From a virus (Duplodnaviria > Caudoviricetes): DNA of 51,497 bases. Location of the stretch: positions 1 through 51,497 of the IMG/VR virus record IMGVR_UViG_3300027887_000015. One strand, given 5' to 3'. Both the position numbers and the translations under genes were made by a program. This document shows positions 27,684-36,312 of the stretch, in pieces. The notes beneath the pieces are model-generated. The model worked only from the letters and a program-made list of their open reading frames with translations, did no database searches and had not been told where the DNA came from. Every line of letters begins with the position of its first letter. Within the stretch, counting starts at the first letter, position 1.

Positions 27684-29897
27684 TCACTCCATGAAATCGA
27701 AGATCTTGCTGTTACGAATAGCTTCCTTAACCTCAGGGTCGGGATAGTACTTGATGGCATTCTTCACTCGTTTGACCATCGTATCCCTCAAGAGGTTAGC
27801 CATAGAACTTTCGTGCCGTCCATTGAGGTAGCCAAGCACATCTGGACCCAGCTTATACTCAAGCTTGATGAGCCCCAGCTTGTCCAGTGCCTGCACCATG
27901 AGGAGATTATGCGTGTACTGAGCTTCTGTAATTGATATGTCTCCTAGCATGATGGAGGCACTTAGCAGTTGGTACATGCCCTGATCCAACATCCTGTGTG
28001 TCTCTTTCAAAACCCCAGGAAGCTTGCGAGCATTCTCATTGATCGTAGCCCGATAGAACGAACCATCTGCACCCACGGCTTCCACTGCCCGCAGGTTTTG
28101 CGTAGTGGCAAACATGATGTCCTGGATTGACAACGCTGACCGGCTAGGATGGTTGTGGACCATCACCCAGGAGTTGTTGTCGGCTGCAGAGCCCTGAGAC
28201 ATCCGGGCCAAATCTTCCTCTGAGAATTCAATCTCAGTCGGAGATCCGGAGGTGCGCTGTATGACGCTCTTACCATTCCCGTCAATCAAGACCCCGTGCT
28301 CGTTACCATCCTCTTCCCCTAAGAACGACACCGCTTTCCTCGCTGCCTCGATGCCCGCCTCCTGCTTCTTGAGGACCTTGTTGAACTTTTTTGCAGTTCT
28401 TCCTCCCTTCAGAGGTAGTTTCAACTGCCTGGGCTCACCGAGTGAGCCACCCCCCTTCTTGCCACCACTGCAAAACTGCCCACCACCAGGACCAGCCGGG
28501 TTGTGGCACTCGTTACCCTTGAAGATCTCTTCGAACCGGCGGATAAGCTCTCGTACCCGAACCTCCAGCAGCGTCTTTCTTCCATCACTGATATCGAGGT
28601 GCTTGTCCTTGATGAAGTCGTCAGCAGACTTGCCATACGTCTCTGCCAACTTCGCAAACTGCTTTTGCCCAAGATCGAGGACCTTAGCTAACTCTTCATT
28701 GGCATTAGTACGAGTCACGTTAACGACTAGATGATCCTGTTGCCAAGACACCCCATCGTATTTCGTACCCACCATGCCTAACGTAAACTTAGGCAGCAGA
28801 CCGGACACCTCGGGCACTGCCTCCTTCAGCCGTGCCTTCACGGAATCAGTCAGATCTTTCTGGGCATCGATGTTGGCAATCATCCGCTTCTGCGCTTCGC
28901 TAACAGAGATCTTCTGCTGCGCCAGATCCACCAGCACCTTGGTATTGGACCCGACGTACCGGATCAACGGAGGCATCTTCTCCTTGTGGAAGAGAGCCAA
29001 GTTGTCAGAGGTGCTAAACGCTGAAAGCTCTGCCTCGGTTTCCCAGTTGATGCCAGTGACATCGTGAGAGTAAATGACCTGTGATGCTAATTGCACGAAG
29101 TCACGGCTGAAGTACTTCTCCATCATCGGAGCAACGTGTTCCTGGAAATACTGGGCCGACCAACGAGGATGGTCGGCATCAAGAAAGGCACGAGACGGAG
29201 GAGTCAGATACCCTGCGTCATGGTAGACCGCAGCAAGATTCATCAAGGCTTGATTAAGCGGGGTGTTGTGAGCCCCCGGCAAAACAGCAAGGATATCCCT
29301 GCTCATCTGAGCATCACCATACAGATGATGAATGCCGTGATCCCCTAAGGTCCTACCCTGAGACTCTATGTCCTGAGCCAACAAATGATCCGTGGCATCC
29401 ATCGAGATCTCACGAACACCCTCTTCAGAAACTCCGGCTGCCTTCAGGGAATCTTGCAGAGACTGCATCATGGTGCGAGCCAACTGACGCGCCTCCTCAG
29501 GAATCAACTCCACAGCAGAATCGATACGCTTGGAGATATCAGCCGCCAGATCCTTGGTATACGGTCTTTCCCCCAAACTGGCTAGCAGCTCATCCATGCG
29601 AGCCTTAACCGTGACACGAGGGTTGCCGTAAGCATCCTTTTCTTCACGAGACAGGCTCTTCCACTTCGCCCGCGACTCCATGAAAGGCTGCGCTTTCCAC
29701 TTAGCCGCATCAAAATCCGAAGGACTGGCAAACTCTTTACCGGGGGCTTCCCGAAGCTTCTTGCCTTCGGTCCCGTCTCCTCGGTAATGCGTAGCCTTGG
29801 GCTTTGATCCCGCCCCAGGCTTCTCGCAGAATTGCCCACCATCAGGCTTGCCCTTAGGCTGGTGACAGTCGTTGCCTTTGAGAATCTTGGCTAGCAT
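27684..29897 (-). CDS. Polyprotein: tag + HD-domain phosphohydrolase + tag + JAB/MPN domain
   Basis: Start at 29897 after GAGGTG; DHGIHH...YHDAGY...DH...SHD...SDN (HD); NEHG...HNHPSRSALSIQD (JAMM). Confidence 0.8.
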   Translation of the reverse strand: MLAKILKGNDCHQPKGKPDGGQFCEKPGAGSKPKATHYRGDGTEGKKLREAPGKEFASPSDFDAAKWKAQPFMESRAKWKSLSREEKDAYGNPRVTVKARMDELLASLGERPYTKDLAADISKRIDSAVELIPEEARQLARTMMQSLQDSLKAAGVSEEGVREISMDATDHLLAQDIESQGRTLGDHGIHHLYGDAQMSRDILAVLPGAHNTPLNQALMNLAAVYHDAGYLTPPSRAFLDADHPRWSAQYFQEHVAPMMEKYFSRDFVQLASQVIYSHDVTGINWETEAELSAFSTSDNLALFHKEKMPPLIRYVGSNTKVLVDLAQQKISVSEAQKRMIANIDAQKDLTDSVKARLKEAVPEVSGLLPKFTLGMVGTKYDGVSWQQDHLVVNVTRTNANEELAKVLDLGQKQFAKLAETYGKSADDFIKDKHLDISDGRKTLLEVRVRELIRRFEEIFKGNECHNPAGPGGGQFCSGGKKGGGSLGEPRQLKLPLKGGRTAKKFNKVLKKQEAGIEAARKAVSFLGEEDGNEHGVLIDGNGKSVIQRTSGSPTEIEFSEEDLARMSQGSAADNNSWVMVHNHPSRSALSIQDIMFATTQNLRAVEAVGADGSFYRATINENARKLPGVLKETHRMLDQGMYQLLSASIMLGDISITEAQYTHNLLMVQALDKLGLIKLEYKLGPDVLGYLNGRHESSMANLLRDTMVKRVKNAIKYYPDPEVKEAIRNSKIFDFME

Positions 29898-29905
29898 GGA
29901 GCACC

Positions 29906-31693
29906 TCAATGCATATGATCGGCACAGCAACCAGCAAGCTCGTTAGTCCCATCGAGCTTCTTGGCAACGAACGTCTTGACCGACAACATGTTGTCAAACA
30001 CGCGCCGATAAGTCACAGGCAGTGCATCCACCCGAGACAGCACCAACAGCCGCTCAGGGTCAGACATCGCACCATCCTCAAGACCCACGGCAACAGACCA
30101 CTTGAGTACTAGGTCGGCTATGTCCTCGGGGTGAACCTCCTGCTTCCCTACCGTCTGCCGACGATCAGGCTCCTGCTTCACCGGCTCAACATCATTGCGG
30201 ACGTTGTTCTTGCCCGTAGGAAGAGAACCCTCGGTGCCCATGAAGTTCTGGCTCTTGCCCGCCGGAGCAGCCATCTCCGCGTTCTTCTTCTCAGCCTCTT
30301 CAGAGTAGAGAAGATGCAGCGAAGCGATTTCATTGAGAGCCTTGATGAAGTCCTCACCAGAGATCTTCGGCATTCCTAGCTCCAGTGCCTTCATCTGGAT
30401 ATCCACATTACGCAGATTCACTGGGTTGGAGACATACAGATACTTCTTAGCCCCCAGCTCCGGGAGCAGCTTCTTGTTGATAATCTCGTCAAACTCCACC
30501 CGCTCCGGAGTAAACACCTGAGCCTCGGCAACCATGTAACTGGTCATTGCCGTGGCGAAGTTCATGTCGGAGGCTTTGCCCAGGAACAGGGTGGGAAGCC
30601 TAAACGCTACTCGGACATGGTCCTCGCAGTTCTGGTCATACCCCTGAAACATGCTGTCCTGGGACCGGAAGTCACCAAAGCGTTCCGTGGAAACCTTGAC
30701 CGAACCCGCTGAATCCAGCGTGCCTCCTGAGGCTTGCACCTCGACCACCGCAATACGATTCTTGGATTTCGCAGAGCCAGAAAAGAACGTCTGCAACTGA
30801 TCTCGTACATCCTCAGTCAACAGACCACCCTGCACGAAGACCACTGCCGGAGGAACACCACCGGAGTCGAAGAACTCCAGGTTGAATTCTTCTCCCTTGC
30901 GTGATCCCAGGATGCTAGGTAGCTGGTTGATCCAGCGAGGCAGACCATAGGCAGTGGTAGTGTCAGCGATGCAAGTGAAGTGCAATACCTCGCTAGCCAT
31001 ATCAGTCATTGCTAGCTTGCCCTCTGCCCATCTACCAGTCTCACGATTGAGGTCACGAGAGCAACCGAATTCTTTGAAGAAGATTGTCTTCGTGCCGACC
31101 TTCTGCGCGAATCTACGCTCGCGTGCCATGTAAGTGGCAGTGACGTTCTCTCCGAAGCGAACGATGGTCTTCTCTACCGACACAGGGTCATCGAGCATCA
31201 CCAGTCGCATTGACAGACCATCGAGATGACGCAACAGGAGTATCTTGCCCTCAGGATTTCTCATCACCTCCAGATAAGCGTTGCCAATCGTCTCCAGGTC
31301 ATACCGGAGCTTGCGGCGGATAGAGAGGAAGGACTCACCAGGGAAGGGCTCGTTGAAGAAAGCCTCAAGCCGCTTCTTCTCTTCCAGGTCATCTCCGCTC
31401 TGAGGGTCAGCCAAGGTGAGGGTGTACCCCGTGCCATCGATGTTGGTCTCCATGGCAAGGACACACTGCAGCAGGATATTGTTACGTTTGACTAACGCAG
31501 AGAGTGTAGACAGCGTGAAAGGCGGGGCAACAATTGCACTGCCGGGATTGAGGACCCCTTCTCCGTAGGTAGGCAGGAACTCGTCCTCTGCCTCCAGCAC
31601 CACGTTGACCACCAAGGTCTTGGTGTCTGCCTTGAGGACCTTCTTTGAAAGCGTAACATGGCTACGCGGAGGAATGATGTTGGTCTCTGGCAT
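29906..31693 (-). CDS. Portal protein (PBSX family)
   Basis: DLETIGNAYLEVMRN, YGLPRWI, N.EFFDSGGVP, AFRLP.LFLG...NFATA motifs. Confidence 0.92.
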   Translation of the reverse strand: MPETNIIPPRSHVTLSKKVLKADTKTLVVNVVLEAEDEFLPTYGEGVLNPGSAIVAPPFTLSTLSALVKRNNILLQCVLAMETNIDGTGYTLTLADPQSGDDLEEKKRLEAFFNEPFPGESFLSIRRKLRYDLETIGNAYLEVMRNPEGKILLLRHLDGLSMRLVMLDDPVSVEKTIVRFGENVTATYMARERRFAQKVGTKTIFFKEFGCSRDLNRETGRWAEGKLAMTDMASEVLHFTCIADTTTAYGLPRWINQLPSILGSRKGEEFNLEFFDSGGVPPAVVFVQGGLLTEDVRDQLQTFFSGSAKSKNRIAVVEVQASGGTLDSAGSVKVSTERFGDFRSQDSMFQGYDQNCEDHVRVAFRLPTLFLGKASDMNFATAMTSYMVAEAQVFTPERVEFDEIINKKLLPELGAKKYLYVSNPVNLRNVDIQMKALELGMPKISGEDFIKALNEIASLHLLYSEEAEKKNAEMAAPAGKSQNFMGTEGSLPTGKNNVRNDVEPVKQEPDRRQTVGKQEVHPEDIADLVLKWSVAVGLEDGAMSDPERLLVLSRVDALPVTYRRVFDNMLSVKTFVAKKLDGTNELAGCCADHMH

Positions 31694-31766
31694 GGGGCTC
31701 TCCTGTGCAATAGCTAGATCGTAGTGCCTCCGCTAATGTCAGACAATGGATAGAGTGATATTGAGA

Positions 31767-34157
31767 TCACTTGCGCTTTTTCATTTCCGCTAAATTCTGC
31801 CCGATTTCAGCGTCAACGCTGAAGGTTAGCTGTGGTTTCCAGCCAATAATCTCGAAAGGCAAATTCTCCATCACCTCTCGATTGCGCTGCTCCACTTCGT
31901 CAATCCTGTCTTCTGGAACGTATGACAAAAGCTGATCGTGGACCATTCCGATCACCGGAGCATCATGCAGCCAACCCCGTTTGTTGAACTCGGCAGTTGC
32001 CCACAACGACAGGTCAGACAGAGTGCCCTGCACAGGACTGTTGATGGCTTGCCTCTCACTCTTGGAACGGATGGCATTGTCACGAGAGTCGATGTGAGGA
32101 AGATGCCGCACCCTCCCCAACGGAGAGCGCACAGCCTTGTTCTTGTGAGCTATCGAGATGTACTTCTTGTGCCAGCTCCGCAAGGCCGGATAGGTAGCGA
32201 AGAACTTGTCCCACACCTCTTCGGCAGAGGAGAGTGTCAAATCCAAACCGTAGCCCGCCGCGTAATTCTGATAGCCGCCGGGACTCATCCCGTAGATCAA
32301 CCCGAAATTACCAGCCTTGCCTCCCTGCCGAACTTCCGCAGCCTGCTCCGGGTCATGCTCCTGCAGCTTCAGGAACTGCGCCCAGGTCAGCCCGGCTACA
32401 GAGGAGCCAGTAACTGCATGTAAGTCCAACCCGTGTTTGTACGCATCGATCATCCTGGTCTCATCAGCAAGACAGGCAGCAATGCGTAGCTCCCCCTGCG
32501 AGTAATCATGTGACAGGATCACGTAGCCAGGAGGGGCGACGATAGCTCGACGTAGCTTCTTTGCCCACTTCGTATGCTTAGGCAGGGTCTGGAAGGCAGG
32601 GTCCCGAGCCGACAGCCTACCGGTGATGGTGCCGCCGCCTTCATCGTTGTTGAAAAAGAAATAGGTGGGATGAAATCTTCCATCGCTTCTCAGGTGAGAG
32701 AGAAAGCCGCCATTGATGACTCCTTCTTTGCTCCTGCCAACAACGTAGGTGCTGAGAGCCTTGGAAGCTGAGGAGTAGTCCACCAGCAGATCTACGAACG
32801 GTTTGGCCTTTGGGTTGTTTCGAAACATCATCAGATGGTCCAGACCAACCACCGGCTCGTTCGACTTGGGGGTGAGTTGTAGCGGCTTGAGGTTCAACCC
32901 CAAGGGACTGAACATGTAATCGATGAGCAGTCGGGCCTTGAGAGGGTTCGTGTTGTTCTTGTGCTTCGCCATGATGCGCCCGCCGATCACCGAGTAGATC
33001 TTCTTCTCAAGGCTAGCCATGTAGCTCAAGATCTCTTGCTCCAGAGCCAGATAGTAGTCGAGGTCCACCAGGACCCCAGTGCGCTCCACCATCTCATAAG
33101 CCCTAACAGCGGGATGCAAAATCTTGGTGTAGAACGTCGCAAGCCTCTGGTCCTTGACCACCTCGTTCCGCATTAGCTTGCTTACCCTCAGGCACGCATC
33201 TGCGTCCCCGCACGCATACGGAAGGATGTCGTCCTTAGCAATCAAGTCCATCCTCCCCTTCTGCCCCTTGTACCTCCGATTGAACTCGTCGTCGTACCCG
33301 GCAAGCTCAGGAATCAATAGCTTGGTGTGGACGTTAAGACTGTTGCCTCGATTCTCATCCAGCAGAGACCCCAGCACCATGGTATCGATGTGGAAGTTGC
33401 TGCACTCCAGGCCAGCATGAAACCACAGCCACAGCAGATCGAACTTGAGGTTCGCTCCCCGCAGAGATGCTTTCTTGGTGCCAAGCAGCCATTGCAAAAA
33501 CTGACGAGTCTCAGAGTGGTAGGTAAAGCTAAACGCCTTTATGGCATCTTGTTTGGTGGCAAAGTGCTGAGCTACTGCCTTACCTTCTTGCCAAGACACC
33601 TGTACCGTCACTATCCACCCCTCGGGATAGAGGTAGTCGAGCCCTACCGTCTCAAGATCCAGCGAGACAGCAACCGGCTTGCCAGTGGCAGCGAACTGCT
33701 TTTCGATGTCCTCTCTGACTGGCAGAAATGAATCAACCCACTGGTAATCGCCCAGCTTGGGAGACCAACTGCCGGTCTTCACTCTTCGCAGAACAATGCT
33801 CAGATCGACAAGCAGCTTGACGTAGCTGGCATAGTTGATTGCCTTCAGAGCGGAGGATTCAGAGATGACCAGCTCAGCTCCGGACGGCAAGGTGTAGACG
33901 TTGGGGTAGCGGAGACTGGAGATGGTTCGTCCTTTATGAACCACCCCCAGCGTGCCAAGAACCTTAACGATGTGAGAGCCTAGAGCAAGGACAACGTCGC
34001 CCTTCTGAGTTTCAGGGAGATTGGGATTAGCCTCCAGCTTCTCCTTGTTCTCCACCCGCACCATGATCTCCCCCTGCGGAAGCTTCGCTGCCGTGAGCAT
34101 CTCCCCCAACCCCTCCATCAGGTGTTGGGAGGAATCCGTCGTCCAGATTAACAACAT
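31767..34157 (-). CDS. polA: DNA polymerase, family A, with 3'-5' exonuclease
   Basis: Exo DLET / NLKFD / YACGD; TGRLS; motif A DYSQGELR, B RQGGKAGNFGLIYG, C VHD. Confidence 0.95.
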   Translation of the reverse strand: MLLIWTTDSSQHLMEGLGEMLTAAKLPQGEIMVRVENKEKLEANPNLPETQKGDVVLALGSHIVKVLGTLGVVHKGRTISSLRYPNVYTLPSGAELVISESSALKAINYASYVKLLVDLSIVLRRVKTGSWSPKLGDYQWVDSFLPVREDIEKQFAATGKPVAVSLDLETVGLDYLYPEGWIVTVQVSWQEGKAVAQHFATKQDAIKAFSFTYHSETRQFLQWLLGTKKASLRGANLKFDLLWLWFHAGLECSNFHIDTMVLGSLLDENRGNSLNVHTKLLIPELAGYDDEFNRRYKGQKGRMDLIAKDDILPYACGDADACLRVSKLMRNEVVKDQRLATFYTKILHPAVRAYEMVERTGVLVDLDYYLALEQEILSYMASLEKKIYSVIGGRIMAKHKNNTNPLKARLLIDYMFSPLGLNLKPLQLTPKSNEPVVGLDHLMMFRNNPKAKPFVDLLVDYSSASKALSTYVVGRSKEGVINGGFLSHLRSDGRFHPTYFFFNNDEGGGTITGRLSARDPAFQTLPKHTKWAKKLRRAIVAPPGYVILSHDYSQGELRIAACLADETRMIDAYKHGLDLHAVTGSSVAGLTWAQFLKLQEHDPEQAAEVRQGGKAGNFGLIYGMSPGGYQNYAAGYGLDLTLSSAEEVWDKFFATYPALRSWHKKYISIAHKNKAVRSPLGRVRHLPHIDSRDNAIRSKSERQAINSPVQGTLSDLSLWATAEFNKRGWLHDAPVIGMVHDQLLSYVPEDRIDEVEQRNREVMENLPFEIIGWKPQLTFSVDAEIGQNLAEMKKRK

Positions 34158-34614
34158 CGATCCGCCTCCAGGGGTGTGCTTTCAGACCTTGGTCTCTCTT
34201 CTTGGTAAACGCTGCAACGACTGCCCGCCGATACTTATTGAGGAAGTACAGCGGTCCATAATCCCACGCAGTGTCTTGCAGCTCCTGCGTCTTGCTATTG
34301 ATCTTTGCTCTAGTCAGCAACGCAATCGACACATGCTCGCTAACCCGGTTGTAGTAGGCATACAGCAGGAGATCTCCGGCGACCTCAAACAGCACCGACG
34401 AAATTTCTCCCTGAATACGTGAGCCCATCACCTTAAGCCTCATAGGGACGCTGATGTCGCCGCACAAAGGCAGGTCCCACATTTTCATAGTGCTCTTGTT
34501 TCGCACGCGGCTAACCCCAGACGAGGAGTCGGCCCAAGGCACGAGAGACACTTTCAAAGCATCAGCTATGGGAGTGATGAGCGAGAGTTCTTTGGAAGTC
34601 AGAAAGTTTCCCAT
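34027..34614 (-). CDS. Hypothetical protein, 3' end overlapping the polymerase start
   Basis: GAAGGGG RBS; fills the gap between neighbouring genes. Confidence 0.6.
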   Translation of the reverse strand: MGNFLTSKELSLITPIADALKVSLVPWADSSSGVSRVRNKSTMKMWDLPLCGDISVPMRLKVMGSRIQGEISSVLFEVAGDLLLYAYYNRVSEHVSIALLTRAKINSKTQELQDTAWDYGPLYFLNKYRRAVVAAFTKKRDQGLKAHPWRRIDVVNLDDGFLPTPDGGVGGDAHGSEASAGGDHGAGGEQGEAGG

Positions 34615-34832
34615 GTCGCCCCCTTCTTGCCGGTCTTTGCCGACACTTGACCAATCATGGTATCGAAATAGATGAGGTCGAAGATGTACTCGTTGCCGTG
34701 GACCTCGACCAGTATCAGGCTCACCGGCTCGTCCGTCATGCCAGAAAAAATCTTGGCTGGCAGCACTAACTCGTTTCCCAGCGACAGGGTATCGAACCGA
34801 ATTCCAGAGAGGTCAGAGATAGTCTTGCTCAT
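34599..34832 (-). CDS. Hypothetical protein (77 aa)
   Basis: AAGGAG RBS and ATGA coupling at MSKTISDL. Confidence 0.65.
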   Translation of the reverse strand: MSKTISDLSGIRFDTLSLGNELVLPAKIFSGMTDEPVSLILVEVHGNEYIFDLIYFDTMIGQVSAKTGKKGATWETF

Positions 34833-35566
34833 GCTCCTTTCCCCTCGATCTTGTCCAATGCTGGAACTGGAGTTAAAAACTCGATGCCATCGGAAGCGAT
34901 AGCCGTCAGCACCGCACCGACTAGCCTCTGAGGAGTGGTGTTGTCGCAAGACAGATGCACCGACCAGTGACCCCCATCCTTGGCACCGAAGCCAAGGGAC
35001 TTCAGCGTCTTCTCTGTTACCGCTGTAGAAGGACCGACAACGCGGATAGAAACAGCATTGCCCAGGATGCGTGCCGCCACCTTAAGACCATCGGCGAGGC
35101 CCACCACAAAATACCTTGAGCCCCCAGAAGTACCGCGAACCGGCTGGTACAGAGCGGTAGCGTCATTCAAATCCACGATCTTCATCGTCAGCGGATCACC
35201 CTTGGTCGGGGCTGAAGTGAAGAGGCTTACATGAAGACCTTCCTGCCCCGCAACCGTCGCAGCCTTGTAAAGAGTGTGCAGCCCTTTGAGAACCTCAGCG
35301 GAGAAAAGGTTCACCTGCTTCGGTGGAGCTACTTTGCTCATCATACTAACGACACTAAGAGGACTGGAGGGTAGCTTCCACTGTGCCACCGGCTCGACAG
35401 CCAAGGTATCAGCAGGCCACACCCTCAGATACCACTCGGTAGTATCGAAGGTCTGTTCCTTGTCAAGGTAGAACTTGTAGCCTAACGCCACCAGCTCGCC
35501 ATGGAAATATTCGCACTCCTGGCCGATCTTGGTGAAGAGCATCTTCGGTGAGAAATTGATTGCCAC
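34829..35566 (-). CDS. Hypothetical protein
   Basis: GTG start at 35566 after AAGGAG and downstream of a promoter; LYQPVRGTSGGSRY motif. Confidence 0.7.
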   Translation of the reverse strand: MAINFSPKMLFTKIGQECEYFHGELVALGYKFYLDKEQTFDTTEWYLRVWPADTLAVEPVAQWKLPSSPLSVVSMMSKVAPPKQVNLFSAEVLKGLHTLYKAATVAGQEGLHVSLFTSAPTKGDPLTMKIVDLNDATALYQPVRGTSGGSRYFVVGLADGLKVAARILGNAVSIRVVGPSTAVTEKTLKSLGFGAKDGGHWSVHLSCDNTTPQRLVGAVLTAIASDGIEFLTPVPALDKIEGKGA

Positions 35567-35596
35567 GTTACCCACTCCTTTCTGACTGGCAGAGCC

Positions 35597-35626
35597 ATAG
35601 TAATAGTAGTTTGAGGTGCTTGTCAA
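35597..35626 (-). promoter_or_regulatory. Sigma70-like promoter
   Basis: TTGACA-N18-TACTAT at a gene boundary. Confidence 0.65.
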
Positions 35627-36312
35627 TCCCACGGTGGCATTCTGTCCCCCCAGACATGATCAACACCCAAGGGAGCTACTACATCGTCTCTCCCGTTGTC
35701 GAAGGTGTAGCCATAGCCGGAGTAGGAGCTGTTGTAAGTCGAAGCGTAACCCATCACCAGTGGCTTGGAAGAAGCCACCTTCTTGACACCAAAATGCTTG
35801 TTCAGGAATTTGACTTGGCTATCCGACTCCACCGACTTGACGCAGTAGTGCTCACGCACGTAACTGATGGCATCCACCTCGCCCAGCATCACCTTGACCA
35901 GGGCAGCGAATAACGTACCGGTACGACCATGCCCACCAATGCAGCCTGCGTGGACCTTGGACCCGGCTACAATTTGCTCAGCCAGATAGTCGATCAGCTT
36001 CGTAAAGCTCGCAACATCTTTGGGAGCAGAGTGATCGGTGATGGGATACAGCAGAGCAAACCCAGGCTCCCATGGGTATGCTTTCTCGATGTAGGTCATC
36101 GAGTGGTCCAAGCCAACATAGATGTCTGCGTCTTTAACCACAGGACTGTGGCAGGAGCCACCATGCACCACCAAGTCTCCAGTCAACTTGAGCGGCGGAT
36201 GAGACAGGTAGCAAGGGGTATACGCCTTGCTATCCTTCTCTAACTCAAACGGCATGGAGGTCTGCCCATTCAGAATCTGTCTGGACATTCTCCGCTCAGA
36301 TGCCTTCTTCAT
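35623..36312 (-). CDS. Protein-tyrosine/dual-specificity (CX5R) phosphatase
   Basis: YPITDHSAP acid loop, HAGCIGGHGRTG P-loop, VES.SQ. Confidence 0.88.
   Translation of the reverse strand: MKKASERRMSRQILNGQTSMPFELEKDSKAYTPCYLSHPPLKLTGDLVVHGGSCHSPVVKDADIYVGLDHSMTYIEKAYPWEPGFALLYPITDHSAPKDVASFTKLIDYLAEQIVAGSKVHAGCIGGHGRTGTLFAALVKVMLGEVDAISYVREHYCVKSVESDSQVKFLNKHFGVKKVASSKPLVMGYASTYNSSYSGYGYTFDNGRDDVVAPLGVDHVWGDRMPPWD

Noticed and set aside
20979-29885. Tag repeats as a CRISPR array, DGR repeats or intein remnants
   Set aside because: Conserved at the peptide level with synonymous variation and irregular kb-scale spacing; no cas or reverse transcriptase gene, and no intein terminal motifs
227-31710. 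TTGCACAGGA shared by intergenic regions at 227-236 and 31701-31710 as a late promoter
   Set aside because: Only two exact copies, one overlapping a ribosome-binding site; spacing does not fit sigma54; may be chance
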